The notes under the pieces: generated by a model
What the model saw: only the letters and a program-made list of their open reading frames with translations
The model's database searches: none
What the model was told of the DNA's origin: nothing
Shown here: piece after piece, positions 1-13,100 of the stretch
How positions within the stretch are numbered: the stretch's first letter is position 1
How the letters are laid out: each line of letters begins with the position of its first letter
Assembly (NCBI GenBank): GCA_051294375.1
Contig: CM119266.1
Location: forward strand, 7,650,606-7,714,605
Reading direction: 5' to 3'
Length of the DNA: 64,000 nt
Source: Paraspadella gotoi
Lineage: Eukaryota; Animalia; Chaetognatha
Translations under genes and position numbers: made by a program

Positions 1-169
1 ATCAATTAATAGATAACTAAATAAATGGATTAATTGAATAATTGATTGATTAATTAATTATTTATTAATTAATTGATGAATTGATTAATTAACTAATTCA
101 TTATTTTATTATTAATACATCTTGAATTTACACCTAATATAAAAAGAAAAAGAAGCATAATCAATTAGT

Positions 170-641
170 GAAACAGGTTTTTTGTTTTTTCCATTTAAAC
201 TCATTTCCACTCAGACAATTCCATCTAAACTTTTTTTAATCACACACTTTCCTACCCACATACAAAATTTCAAGTCAATGGCCCTGTCCACCTATGAGTA
301 ATTAGCGTTCAAATAGTGATATAGGGGTTTTTTTCCATTTAAACTCATTTCCACTCACACGATTCCATCGAAACTTCATATCCAGCTCAATCACACACTT
401 CCCTACAGACACACAAAATTTCATTTCAATCTATTCATTCAATCACGAGTAATTGGAGTATAATGCTAAGGGGGGACATGGACGGACGGACGGACACAAT
501 TTTTGTGCATAATTTTTCATAATTTGAGGTTCTGAGATGATCTAAGCGAGTGACCGACAAGATTTGGGGGGTGGACAGACAGAACGACAACGACAAAGTG
601 AATTATAGTCGGAATCTGCGATATGCAGATCAGACTAAAAA
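170..641 (-). mobile_element. Non-autonomous Helentron/HINE (DINE-1-like) element fragment
   Basis: Internal ~95-bp imperfect duplication (TTTTCCATTTAAACTCATTTCCACTCA at ~187 and ~331). GGAC/GACA tetranucleotide runs at 479-496 and 573-582. Terminal hairpin AGTC..ATCTGC/GCAGAT..GACT followed by an A-run at 607-641. Family assignment is by architecture only. Confidence 0.45.
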
Positions 642-1187
642 CTAAGAAAAAGAGAGAAGGCTTTTAAATATTGTCTGTTCCGAAGACAAGTTAATGCAAC
701 AATGTCTATTCTTCTGACAGCTAAATGTTAAGGGATATACCTTATAAGGAATATTATGTACGTTAAACAAGTTGATCAAATAATTAAATATCTGCAAAAG
801 GCAAAAAACAACGTTGAGATTGTTAAAAAACGTAATATTTCTGAGGTAATACTTAAAATTTAACACGATTTGTTACTGGGTAATAACGAATTTTAATATA
901 TTTAAAATTGTTTTCAATAAATTTAAATTCATTTTAAGTGAGGACGATAAAATTTATATACAATGTAAAGCTTAATATAGATTGAGAGCTATATCTTAAT
1001 TAATCATATTCGATATTACATTTTAGTTTACAATAATTTGGGAGCAATATACCATCCTCCCCTTAAAGACTAAGTAGTACATTGCATAGCGAGATGTGCA
1101 AATATTTGAGCCACCTTCAACCTTAAACACTCGCAATTTTATGTGGGATTTTCTTAAGATTTGTATATAATATTTTTAAATTCAATA

Positions 1188-2288
1188 ATGAATTGGACAC
1201 CCGTTTTCATTTTTTTAGCTTTAAGCATAAATGTTGCGGATATTTTTACTGATTTCCAACAAATGATGTCCTTTATTAAAAAGAAGTTTTACGTAGAACA
1301 TGGAATCGGAGTTGCGATGGGAATTGTATTAGCGACGCACATAACAATTTCGGGCGCTATACTTGGCACTGCATTAAAAAAACATTCGTCCGTTTTTTCT
1401 AGACTTTACGGCAATATTTGGAAAAAAATAACAACCATACTGTCTTGCTGCCTCGGTGTGAGTAACATTCTTTTTCACATTGACATTTATCTGGACACAA
1501 AATACCAAGCACAGAGAGATAATTTAAAGTACGTAATCGCCACAAAGAATCACATTGCCCAGTCCCTCGATTTGATACACTTGATGCTCGAGTCCTTTCC
1601 ACAAGTTCTCCTACAGGGTTTAGCACTCGTTGTTTCTTGGACGTCTGGAACGGACGAGCAGTGTTTTCCCGATAACATTTATTGGGGAATAAATTTAACG
1701 ATGGGAGGAACTTTATTCAAATTCGATGAAAATTCTAATCTCATTGAAACGTCGGTGCCCTGCTTCTGCGATGCGGTCGACAGATTAGGTAGAGATATTT
1801 TCTGTAAATGGAGATTGAAAGATTATCAAACGCTGATATCATTTTCATTGTCTGTCATGAATCTGGCGATGACTGCTGCAAAACGGCAGAAACGAGTTAT
1901 CCCCTCATCGGTTTAGCTGTTCTACAAGGAACGATCGGCATTGTTATTTATTTAATTTCATTTTACCCGGACGATAAATATCTTGAAGTGTTTTATATTT
2001 TAACTCCCCTGGTGGTTTTTTAGAGTCTTCTCTATTACAGAAATAAAAAGAATTGTTCTGAATTTGATATTTACAACGCAGGTCAAAAATAGTAATTATG
2101 TCAACACTTGTGCTGAATTTCTATTCATGATTTCCATTAATTTTTTCATCATCTCATTTTTTTTCAACATTGATAAACACACTGCGCTGATTAAATACGT
2201 AGAACGTGCTCATTTTAAATTTGGTTTTTCTGGCATAGTAACAGATGAAAGTCCAAAGTTGCACAGTATGTTTGGGGGTCAATTGTAA
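1188..2288 (+). pseudogene. Intronless XK-related (Xkr-like) multi-pass membrane protein, apparently frameshifted near 1890-1916 and ~2020-2065
   Basis: ORF from ATG 1188 has an N-terminal ADIFTDF helix and the motif LESFPQVLLQ, resembling the XK-family ESxPQxxLQ, plus SFSLSVMNLA. Hydrophobic sequence continues in other frames (1808-2023, 2064-2288) with no obvious intron. Could be a pseudogene or an assembly error. Confidence 0.5.
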
Positions 2289-2721
2289 TTTGTTTAACAT
2301 TCTTAACTTTTATCATAGTTATTTCCATTTAGATATATTGTTTACCAAATTAGTGTTTACAATATATTGCTTTTTTAGTTTAAACTTTAAAAATTAATTA
2401 CAATATCAACGCAGGAAACGGATTGATCAATGATCATGGAGCTGGTCTCGCTTCTTAAAAAAAAACAACCAATAATTATAAAATATGATGAAAACCCGCT
2501 TTACATAAAATTTAAGTGTATAATATATCACAAATTGACCGCCAAATTCATAATCCGCTTAGTCAAGTAAATCAATCAAAGGAATCGGCATCACCCTAAA
2601 CTATTGCACATACGATTCGGGCGCCATTTATTCTGGAATCATCGACGAGGCACGATGGTCCAACGTCAAACTTGGTCCGTCGCGAAGGATCCAACAGTGC
2701 GCCCCGAACCCCATCTTAGAA

Positions 2722-3801
2722 ATGCTGAAACTGGGCAACTATCAAATCCTCCAACCAGACTATACCAAAGTTTTGATTTTAATGATGGTCGACGCGATCT
2801 TGGGCACCGTCTACGTCCTCCATCATCTCATCCAAAGGAAGCGAGTTTTTGAAACGATACAATTTTTGAGTTTCGCTTGGACGCCGATCGTTGCAGTGGC
2901 CATCAATGTCCATTTGGCCCTGGGTCATAAAGGAAGACTCGTGGCCTCTGGATGTTTCGAAAGCGATGGAATCATGAGAAAAGATCATTGTCTCATCAGA
3001 GACGAAGAATTGAAAGAGGTCATTCTGTCCAAGATCAGTCTGTACGGAAGTTTTCATCTCGTAACCAATTTTTTTTACACGGCGCCAAATTTGTTTTTCA
3101 TATTTTTCACGATGGAATTTTGGGTTCGACGTCGACTTGGAACCAAGATAAGCGTCTTCGTCTTATTTCTCGCGGGATTAATTTTCGTCGGATCATTATG
3201 TTTATTATATCTTTACATAAATCTCGACAACGTACAGTATTTACGATATATGGCTTGGTCTCCTTACATCCAAATTCGTAGAGTGGTAAAAGACATGTCA
3301 TTCAAAATCTTCGCATACTTTATTCTTCATGAAAACGTATTTGTTTTCACGACGGCTGCTATACTGCCGCTTTTTTCGCTCACTTTTTCAATGCTTTTAA
3401 AAGCGGCCAAGACCACGAAGAGCAAAGCGGCCGTCAAGTCGCTATTGTTGTCATCTATCGTGATCGTTGTCTTTTGTTTCAATCGGTTTTCTACTAATAG
3501 AGGGCGACACTACGACTTTAACGAATTGTACCAAGTTCTCAACGAACGTAAAACCTTCGAACTACGAATTCTTCAAAACACTTACTGGTTGGCAACACTG
3601 GCGGAATCTCCCAGTTACTTTTGCGCTAAGAATATTTCTTTTCCTTACATGGATTATATCGCTAATAGATATACATTCAAGGCTTTCAGAAAGATACAAA
3701 ATTCTTTCGGGAGTTGTATACGCAATGAATACACAGAGAGATATAGCGTGGTCAAGATTTTGAGTTTGCTCGTTCCGATTTTGGGAGTTTTATGTTTTTA
3801 G
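2722..3801 (+). CDS. Intronless multi-pass membrane protein, 359 aa, family uncertain (possibly a very divergent XK-like protein)
   Basis: Long ATG-initiated ORF in AT-rich DNA with many hydrophobic segments. NFFYTAPNLFF only weakly recalls the XK motif. Confidence 0.6.
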   Translation: MLKLGNYQILQPDYTKVLILMMVDAILGTVYVLHHLIQRKRVFETIQFLSFAWTPIVAVAINVHLALGHKGRLVASGCFESDGIMRKDHCLIRDEELKEVILSKISLYGSFHLVTNFFYTAPNLFFIFFTMEFWVRRRLGTKISVFVLFLAGLIFVGSLCLLYLYINLDNVQYLRYMAWSPYIQIRRVVKDMSFKIFAYFILHENVFVFTTAAILPLFSLTFSMLLKAAKTTKSKAAVKSLLLSSIVIVVFCFNRFSTNRGRHYDFNELYQVLNERKTFELRILQNTYWLATLAESPSYFCAKNISFPYMDYIANRYTFKAFRKIQNSFGSCIRNEYTERYSVVKILSLLVPILGVLCF

Positions 3802-4729
3802 TAAAATTTAGTTATAGAGATAATTATGAATAAAGTTAATTTTGCACCACTAATTTATTGAATTTCTTGTTTTTCATAGACTGCACAGTGATTTTCAACC
3901 ATTCAATGGCACATAAATATTGTTTAATGATTTACTAAATGTTGTAGTTGGTAGTAACACCGTAATAATTTTTTCTTGTAATCCATTCTCTCTTTTTGTG
4001 TAATTCTTATTCCGTAATAGATAATTTTCCTTAGTTTAAAAGTTTACTATTATAATAACAGAGACACTGTTCAAAATGACATTTTTTTTGACAGATATTT
4101 CGACATATTTTTTTATAGAAAGGGATTATTAATTTAGCGAGCATTGCAAAGTTTACTAGGATCTATCGACGTAAAATTTCATAAAAAAATACCTTTTCTG
4201 GGTAAATTTTGTTATAATATATACAAAGATTTTAAAAATTCATAAATGATGGAGTTATTGCATAAACTTGCATAATCTCGCTCAGATGAAAATAGTTACA
4301 AAAATCGATCCCTGAAATTTAATCAGTAATCAGTAATCAGTAATGAGTGGAAGAATGTTAAATAGTTTAAAGCAGAAATGCATCATTAACTATGAAGCGA
4401 ATTGAGATCAAGTACAACAAATGAATGATGATAAATTTAAAGTGGACAAATAAATAAGTTATAACTCTTAATTTGCACTGATCCATTTTACTGAATTTAA
4501 TTTACTTACAAATTTACAATAATTAAATTATTAAATTATGAAGAAGGCCGAATAAGGAGAGTAGCATAGGTTTTCAATCGGAATTTTATAAATACTCTTT
4601 TATGGCGATTTTTTGCGTTCTTGAGTATTAACCGTATATTAATGGAGTAACATGATTTTAGACGTTAAATAATAAATTAAAAATTAACAATTTAAAATTG
4701 ATTAAAGACGGAAATTACGAATAACATCG

Positions 4730-5266
4730 TCACAACAGCGTGGATGGAATTTCCCCATCCCCATCACCGTTTCTCTCTTTCGCATCGATCGGTGAGATCA
4801 ACGCCATCTTTCTCGCTTCATTTTGATTCCTGCCTCTCCCATTGGTCAATACAGAAGTTTCTCCATTTTGATTGGTCAAACTGAGAGAGGCTCGACTCTG
4901 AGCCGCCATCTTTGAAGTTTCTCTCGTCCAATTGGCCAGAGGGGACGCTCCTTGAATTTGATTCGTGGAGTCGGGCGTTGTTTGTCTCTGACTGACGACG
5001 GGAAGAGTTTGATTGATTGAAGCTTTTTGATTGACGGGAGTGTGAGTCTGATTGGTTGAGATGGAAGGAGTGAGGCTTTGTCCATCCAGAGAAGAAGATT
5101 GTGAATCGGAAGGAGACAAAGGACAAGAAACTGGAAGGACAAAAAAAAACAAAACACGAAAAATCAATCGATCAATCAATCAGTTGATACGTAACTTCCC
5201 TGAATAAGATTTTGAAGGGTAAAATTTAAAACTTAAACTTTTCAGATCTGACCTGAATGAAATTGG

Positions 5267-5307
<41 letters not shown>

Positions 5308-5920
5308 CAATATAGAAAAAGAAATCTTTCCCCCTGACGGTGAGTTAAGTCCTCCTTCTCTCTCACAAGATTATAACATAGCAGGACCCTGCAAGCTTTC
5401 AATCTAGATTCCCACACGTTGTAGTTTATTAACTTCCAGATTACCATGCGTCACGATCAATAAAGTGGTTTATGTCATGTTTTGATTGCCTAACACTCTT
5501 ATGGTGAAAAAGCACTACTTAACATTTTAAGCAAAGTGAAACTCAAAATTCATTTCTTCATTTGTATTCACTTTTTTTTTAAAAAAACAAATATTAACAT
5601 GAGAAATCAAAATCTCTAACTTGTATCGCGAAGAATCGGCGTCTGATTGATTGATTGATTGATCGCTAACGGCGTCGTTTTCGTAGCGGCGTCGCTTCTG
5701 TGAAGCGGCGTCACAGTTTGAAAAGGTCGAGCGGCGCCGACGTTCGATCCGAAGCCGGTGTCGCCACCAACGCCGCCGCCGCCGACGACGCCTCGCCGCC
5801 CGAGAGACTTGAGCGCCTCTAAAAGACGTCGGTTTTCCTTCTCGAGTCCCACGACGCGTTTCGACGAGAGAGATAGAGACAGCGGATCGAGGAAGAGAGT
5901 TTCTCTTCTAATTCCTAAAG

Positions 5921-5996
<76 letters not shown>

Positions 5997-6011
5997 CAGA
6001 GAGAGAGAGAT

Positions 6012-6088
<77 letters not shown>

Positions 6089-7620
6089 CATTTGCGAAAC
6101 GACAACGCCATTGCATCAATCCCCCAACAACATCCTCCCATGTCTTCCCACCTGCATCTGCAGCAGGTGTTCCCGCATCTCCTCGTGCATCTTCTCCAAC
6201 GACCCCTCCGCCTCGGCCCGCATCTCCCTCTCCTTCCGCATCCGCATCTCGGCGCTCGTCAACTCGTTCGTCGACGCCTCCAGTCGAGACTTCATCTCCG
6301 CGAGGGAAAGATCGAAGGATTCCGTGGATTGGAGGAGGCGGTCGTGGCGAGTCTTGGTGGGGGAGGTTGGGGAGAAGGGGAGAGAGAGGGAGGGGGAGGG
6401 AGAGAGAGGGAGGGAAAGGGTGGGAGCGGAATGATAGGGAGATGGAGATAAGGAAGATGAGAGAGGAAGGAGGAGAGAGAAAGAGAGAAAGAAGAGAGAC
6501 AAACGGGGAGAGAGAGAGAGAGGAAAAGGGAGAGTGAGAGGAGGGAAAGGAGAGGAGGGGGGAAAGAGGTAAAGGAGAAGCCGAAAAATGAGTAAGATAG
6601 AGTAAGTTAGTGCTTTAATCCTCACCTCCAGAGCCTAATCCCTCGCCCTTACCTTTTCGTCTGCCTCATTTTCGCCACCGCCGCGTGCCGCTTTCCCGCC
6701 ATCTTGCTTAACGCCATCCGGAGCAACGCCATCTCCTCCGCCTTCGTCTTTGCCGTCTCCTCGAGGGAGTGGCATTTCTCTTTGGCGGCCTAGGGAGTGA
6801 AGGAAAGGGAGATGGTAGAAAAGAAAGACAAATCAGGAAAAAATGGAAAACAAATAGAAGGGAAAAGGAATGAAAAAAGGAAAGATTTAAAGGAAAAGAG
6901 AAGAACGAAAATAATTAAAAGAGAAACAATCGAAGCAATTTGTTATCTTTTATTTTAAAAGACATTGACGATGACAGTGAATCAATAAAGTAATCACAGA
7001 CTTAAATAAATGATAAAGTGATGAAGTTTCGGGATCAGGGACATAATGACACAATAACATAGACGTGGAACGTCGGGAAATTTTTTTAAAGAAATTTAAG
7101 GGGAATTTGAAGGGATTTTAAGGAAGGCACGAAAGTCAAGTTCTGTAAAATAGAAACCATAAACTCTTCAACGGATACTTAAGTCCTGTTTCATAAATGT
7201 ATAAATTGTTATTATTAAATGTCCAAAACTTCATAATCACTTATTACCATAATCCAACATGACATCAAGACAAACAAGAATCCAATCAAGAAAAATGAGT
7301 TGACGTAAACATGGAAATTGCTTTGACTTAGGCCAAACGCTACAATATGCAAATGAGATTAAATTACTCAATCTCAAAGAATGGCGAGGTTGATAAAGGG
7401 AAGAGAGGATCAATCCCGACACGCCCCCCACTAACCTCAGCTTCTTTCGCCGCCGCCGCCGCCTCCTCCTTCGCCGCCTCGAGCCTGTCTTCAGCGTCGA
7501 GGATCTTGTGGCGGAGTTCCGTCGCTTCCCTCTGGCGGCGAGAGTCGCGGTCACGTGATTCGGCGAGGAGGGATTGGACGGAGTCCTGGGGAGGAGAGTT
7601 AAAAAGACTGGTGATGATGC

Positions 7621-7651
<31 letters not shown>

Positions 7652-9463
7652 AATGATAATATTGGGAACCGTTTTGCTCGGGTTTCAGCAAGCTCTTGTG
7701 ATGAATAACAAATTAACCCGAGCGAGAATTTTGCTAAGAGGGAAAGACGCACAGATAGATAGATGGATACATAGTTAGCTAGATAGATAGATAGATAGAT
7801 AGTTTCTACCCTTCTCCCTCTCCCCCCCTCCTAACCTTCTCCTTCTTCTCTCCCTCCCTCTCCTCTCTCTCTCTCTCCATCTCCGCCTCCAAACGAATGC
7901 ACTCTTCCTTCTTCGCCTCTAATTCGAATCTCAACGACGCCGCCACGACGCCGGCATGGAACGATTCCATCGAAGCGGCGCCGTCGACCTCAGAACCGGC
8001 GTCGTCTTCGGAGGAGGCGCCGTGCGGGCCGCGGCGCCGGTAGGAGTGAGAAGACGCCGGATTGGAGGCGCGTTGAGGGCGGCGTTCTTCGAAGCGGCGC
8101 CGGAGTTCCGATAGTTTGGATTCGAGGCGCCGGCATCTTGGGATAGAGCGATGGGGGGGGGGAATGTTAGACTTAAAGTGCCTTGATTGAAAGCTTGTAC
8201 GAGGGATTGAGGCCTAAACCTAATATATTTTAATATTGGTTATACCAATTTCAGACAAAAGCAAAAAATAAGTCAAAATGTCACGAATAAAAATAACAAC
8301 AAAAACAACCAAACCCCCCCCTCTTCACCTGGCCATCGCCTCGTCCCTCTCTCTCTCCCTCTTCTCTCTCTCCACCTCCGCTCTCTCCGCTTTTCCCTCC
8401 GCCCTCTTCCTCTCTCTTCTCGCTTCCTCCGCCTCTCCTTCGGCTTCTCTCGCCCGGCGTTCCGAGCGGCGCGCCTCGGCGCCTCTCTGGTCGACGAGCC
8501 GTTCCAGGTCGAGGATCTGAGCGGCGGCGTCGGCGGCGTCGGCTGCGGTGGCTTCTGCTGCGGCGTCCGCGTCCTTGAGAGAGAGAGAAATACCAAGAAA
8601 TGTTATATCAACTTCGTCGTCATTTTGTTGAGTTTCAATTGTTCTGTGGAGGATTATTTCTTTGTGACATCTGACCAGCTGTTTAAAACAAGCATAATTG
8701 ATGTAATAAACTCCACCCATCCCCCCCACTCACCTCCGCTGCCTCCAATCTCCTCGTCAACTCCCTCACCCTCTCGTTCGCCGACTTCAACTGGAAGACG
8801 AGATTCTCGACTTCGCGTCGATGACGAAGTTCGTCGTTCCGCGCGGTCGGATGTCAGACCGTCCAGGGTCTCTCTCACCTGGGTGGGGGGTGGGAGAGAA
8901 GAGGGGAAGGGAGAGGGGAGAGAAGAAGGGGAGGGGAGAGGAGAAGGGGGAGAGGAAAAGGGGTAGGGAGAAGGGGTAAGGGGAGAAGTGGGAGGAGGAA
9001 GAAGGAGGAAGATAAGAAAAATTGATCGAAGTAAATCTACCGATTGTGGGCACTATTTTCCGAAAGCGCGCCAAGACTGTTTCTTATTCCCTAAACTGAA
9101 TATTAATTGTAATAACTAACCTAAATCTTTAACTCAAAACCTGAATTCAGATCCTAATCTTAAGAGTTTTATAGAATTACAACGCAGGTTAACGCGGTCT
9201 ATCTAACTCTGTCATTTTTATTTTCACATGACATTTTTTTATATTGTCTCGCTTGACCGGTTTAGATTAAACTTTAATTAGGATTGATATCTCGATTACT
9301 ATTTTGTCACAACATTCCCGCTAAAATGAATCCATAACCCCGTCCATGTTCAAGGCGGTCTCCGCTTTACCTTCAATGATCCGCGTTTAATTTCGTCCAA
9401 TTCTTTTTCCAAAAGGAAAATCTTTCTCTCGGATTCTTCTTTCGACGCTCTCTCCCGGTCCTT

Positions 9464-9527
<64 letters not shown>

Positions 9528-10024
9528 ATAAGACCTCACCCATGTTGTTCAAAACAAAAGTCAAACCTTACCTTCGCTTCGTTGGCGGATTTTTCCTCCA
9601 GAAATCTCACTCTTTCCTCTAATCTGAAAAAAGATTGAAACCAAGAATATTATTGCTAAATTCAATTATAAATAAACATTCAATCTAACATTTATTTTAA
9701 ATTTACCTCTTCCTCTTCCTCTCTTCCTCCCTCGCCTTCTCCCCTTTCCTCTCCGCTTCCTCCATCAACTCCGTCTTCTCTCTCTCCAATTTCTCCTCCG
9801 CTCTCCTCCTTTCCTCCCTCCACCTCGCTCCCTCCCTCTTCTCCTCTTTCAACTCCTCCTCCGCCTCCTTCCTCTCTCTCTCCATCCTCGCCATCTCCCT
9901 CTCTCTCTCTTCCTCCTTTCCTTCCTCCTCCTCGTCTCTTCGCGAGAGACGATCGCGAAAGGAGGACGACTCCCTCTCTCTCTCCTCGAGGCGCTGGGAG
10001 AGGGAGGCGTGGTCCGCCTGGTGG

Positions 10025-10102
<78 letters not shown>

Positions 10103-13100
10103 GATAAAAAGGGAGAGAGAGAAGAAGAGAGATAGGAAAAGATATAGGTTAATCAGAGAGAAGAAAATAATTTAAAATTATCAAAGAGAATACGGCCTAG
10201 TAGAAGGATGAGGTTCCAACCCCTTTTCTCCAATCTAGAAAAAATCTATCTCAAACTAAATCCTTTAAATCTAATCGAATTATATTTAAAATTCCATCAA
10301 AAATCTACAATAATTGAATCCCGATAATACTCGTCTAATATTCAAAGTTACCCATCTCAAAATCCAGAAACGTCAGACACGATAAATAAATCTTAAATCC
10401 ATCCCTATCAAATTCAAAATCTTTCCCCCAAATCTAACCTTGACTTCCTCCAACTCCTTCCTCATCCCCTGAACTTCCTCCTCCTTCCTCCAAACTTTTT
10501 CGTCTGCTTCGGTTCTTCGTCGACGAGAGAGTTGAAGTTCCGACTTGAGAGCCTCGATCTCGCGGTCTCTGTCATAAGATAACAAAGTTTATGACATGTC
10601 ATTTAAGGGTGGCTATAGGAGGGCATATTTTCCAAAGATGAGATAAGTATATTCTAAGATGTTCAGTGTACACAGTTTAACTATGAATGCGAATTTCACT
10701 CCGCAAAAAATACCACCGTCGACATTTAAAAAAAAAAGAGACAAATTGGACCCAAACGACCGCAAGACCCCGGAACCGACCTGCACTCGACTTTGCTCCC
10801 TTCCTCCTCCAACATCTTCTTCCTCTCTTTCGTCTCCTCCCTCGCTCTCTCCCTCTCCCTCATCGTCTTCCTGATCAGATCCAAGATTCGATCTTCTCTC
10901 AAAATCACCGACGCGTTGACGATCTCTTCCGGCGCCGTCGGGTCGGCGAGCGGCGCTGTAAGGACGGCGGGTGGCGCTGACGAATCGGGGGTTGAGATTG
11001 CGTCGGACTGGGATAGGGATTAAGTTATAAATAAATTATGAGTCAGTTTTGTTTCATTTATTCATTTAGTTTTTAACATTAATCTTTAAACGAAAATATT
11101 CCGGGCGATTCTCTTTTGTCTAAATTTCGAAAAAGTTTTCTCCAAAAATCCGTCATCTTCAAAAGGACGACAAAGTAAGTTTTTAAACAAATGATCCTTG
11201 AAATTTGAAGGAATTTGTTTATGAAAAAAAACAAAGCTAATTTTAACTTTGATCAATATTTAACAATTAAAAAAAAAACAATACTATCGTTTAAAATCCT
11301 ATTAATCTGACCTCTTCCTCCGCCGCCTGGCGACACTGAAGGACGAAGCGATCCAAGACTCTGCAGCAGAGATCTCTGGCGAGAGAGTTAAGATCTCTTC
11401 TCAAGTCTTTCGTCGCAGTCGTCGTCGTCGCTGTCAACGTCGTCGCGTCGTCGGCGACATTTTTTGTCCCTTCTTCCTTCTCTTCCAATCGAGTTTCGTA
11501 GTCCTAAAATATTAATATTATATAATTAATAATTTGTATTTATCTTTTGCCTTTATAATCTCAGACTTGACAAATACCTTCAAAACAGTCCTCAGCTCCT
11601 CTGACTTCTCCTCCTCCTCCTTCCACTTTCTTCTATACTCCTCATTCCGCTCTTCTAATCTCCTCACTACAGCTCCATCAACGTCGTCCAGCTGCCGGCG
11701 CTGCTCCGTCTGCTTGGCCGTCTCCAACAGTTCCAGGTTTTTCTGCTCCAGTTCCTGACAATACGGAAAATGAGGTTAGGATTAAAGTGGTAAAGTGTTC
11801 TGTATATAATTCTTTATTGTGAAAACTATTCGAGCTTCTACCAGCGTTACATTACTAAAAATTTTGTAATTGATTATCATGAAACATTCGTAATTTTTAA
11901 TTATTTTTTAGCCATTTCTTAACTTTCGATTTTTCTTAAAACAAAGTTGTTTTAGTTTTAAGGAATTTTTAGCCCATCCATAATATACATCTCTTCAGTG
12001 TTTTTAAACGCTGGCTTTGTCAACACTTTTACAAATATTCATTCCCCCACCTTCAACTTTGTCATTAGCCTTTCGTGTCTGTCATTCTTTTCTTTGTCAG
12101 TCTCTTTCGCCGTCGAAAATCTTCGCTTCAACTCTTCCAACTTCTCCTCTTCCTCTTCCAACTGCTCCTTCAAGTTGTCCAGTTTTTGCTTCGTTTCCTG
12201 ACCACAAAAACGATAATAATTAAAATTATACTAACAATAATCAAATAAATAATGAACAGAAGGCTTACCCTATTCGCCTTCTCCGCCGCATCTTTCTCTT
12301 TAGTCAGATTCTCGATGCAAATTTCTTTGGCAGAAACTTTTTCGTTGTTTTCGATGAGTTGATTCATGGACCGAGTTCGTTCTTCCTTCAACGAAGCCTG
12401 GGAATGTTGAAATGTTTTTTTAAAAAATTAAAAATACTCAGTAATAAGCCTAATAAGTCTTTAGACTTATAATTTTAGATTTATAATCATTTTTATGCTA
12501 ATATTTACTACATCATAAAAGCTACAACCTACAATCTACAAGCTACAATCTCAGAATACTTAATTTTTTTGAAATTCAAATCTCTCTCTCTCTCTCTCCA
12601 TCACTCCACCTGCCGCAACTCACTTTCAATCCTTCATGCTGTTGCTGCATTTCCGACAGCTTCCTCGCCATCTCTTTATTCGCCGACTTCAACTCGATCA
12701 TAGCCGCGTGATGCTGCTGCTGCTGAATCGCTGGCTGCTGTGCCGACGCTGCCTCAGCCCGCCGCAACTTCTCTTTCAATGACCCCACCTCTTTCTCCAA
12801 CTCTCCCTTCTCTTTCCTTTCTCTCTCCCTTTCCTTCTCTCTCTCCCTCTCTCTCTCCCTCTCTTCCTCCCTCCTCATCCCTTCCTCCTCCAATTCTTCC
12901 ATCCTCTTCGTCATCTCCTTCATCTTCTTCTCCTTGACAGCGAAATCCACCCGCTGCGCCAGGAGCTGCCGCTGCAGTCCCTCGGACCTTTCCTCCAGCA
13001 CCCTGACCCTCCGCGGGGAATCCCCGGCGCCTTGACCCCTGGCGCCGCTCTGACGACCCTCCTCTTCTCCCAACGCCCCGTCGAGAGGCTCCTTGGTACG

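Noticed and set aside
5616-6625. ORFs with SLSLSL/ERERER runs (also near 30.5, 33.9, 51.4-52.4 and 54.5 kb)
   Set aside because: These are translations of intronic GA/CT microsatellites. Only the flanking spliced exon parts are coding.
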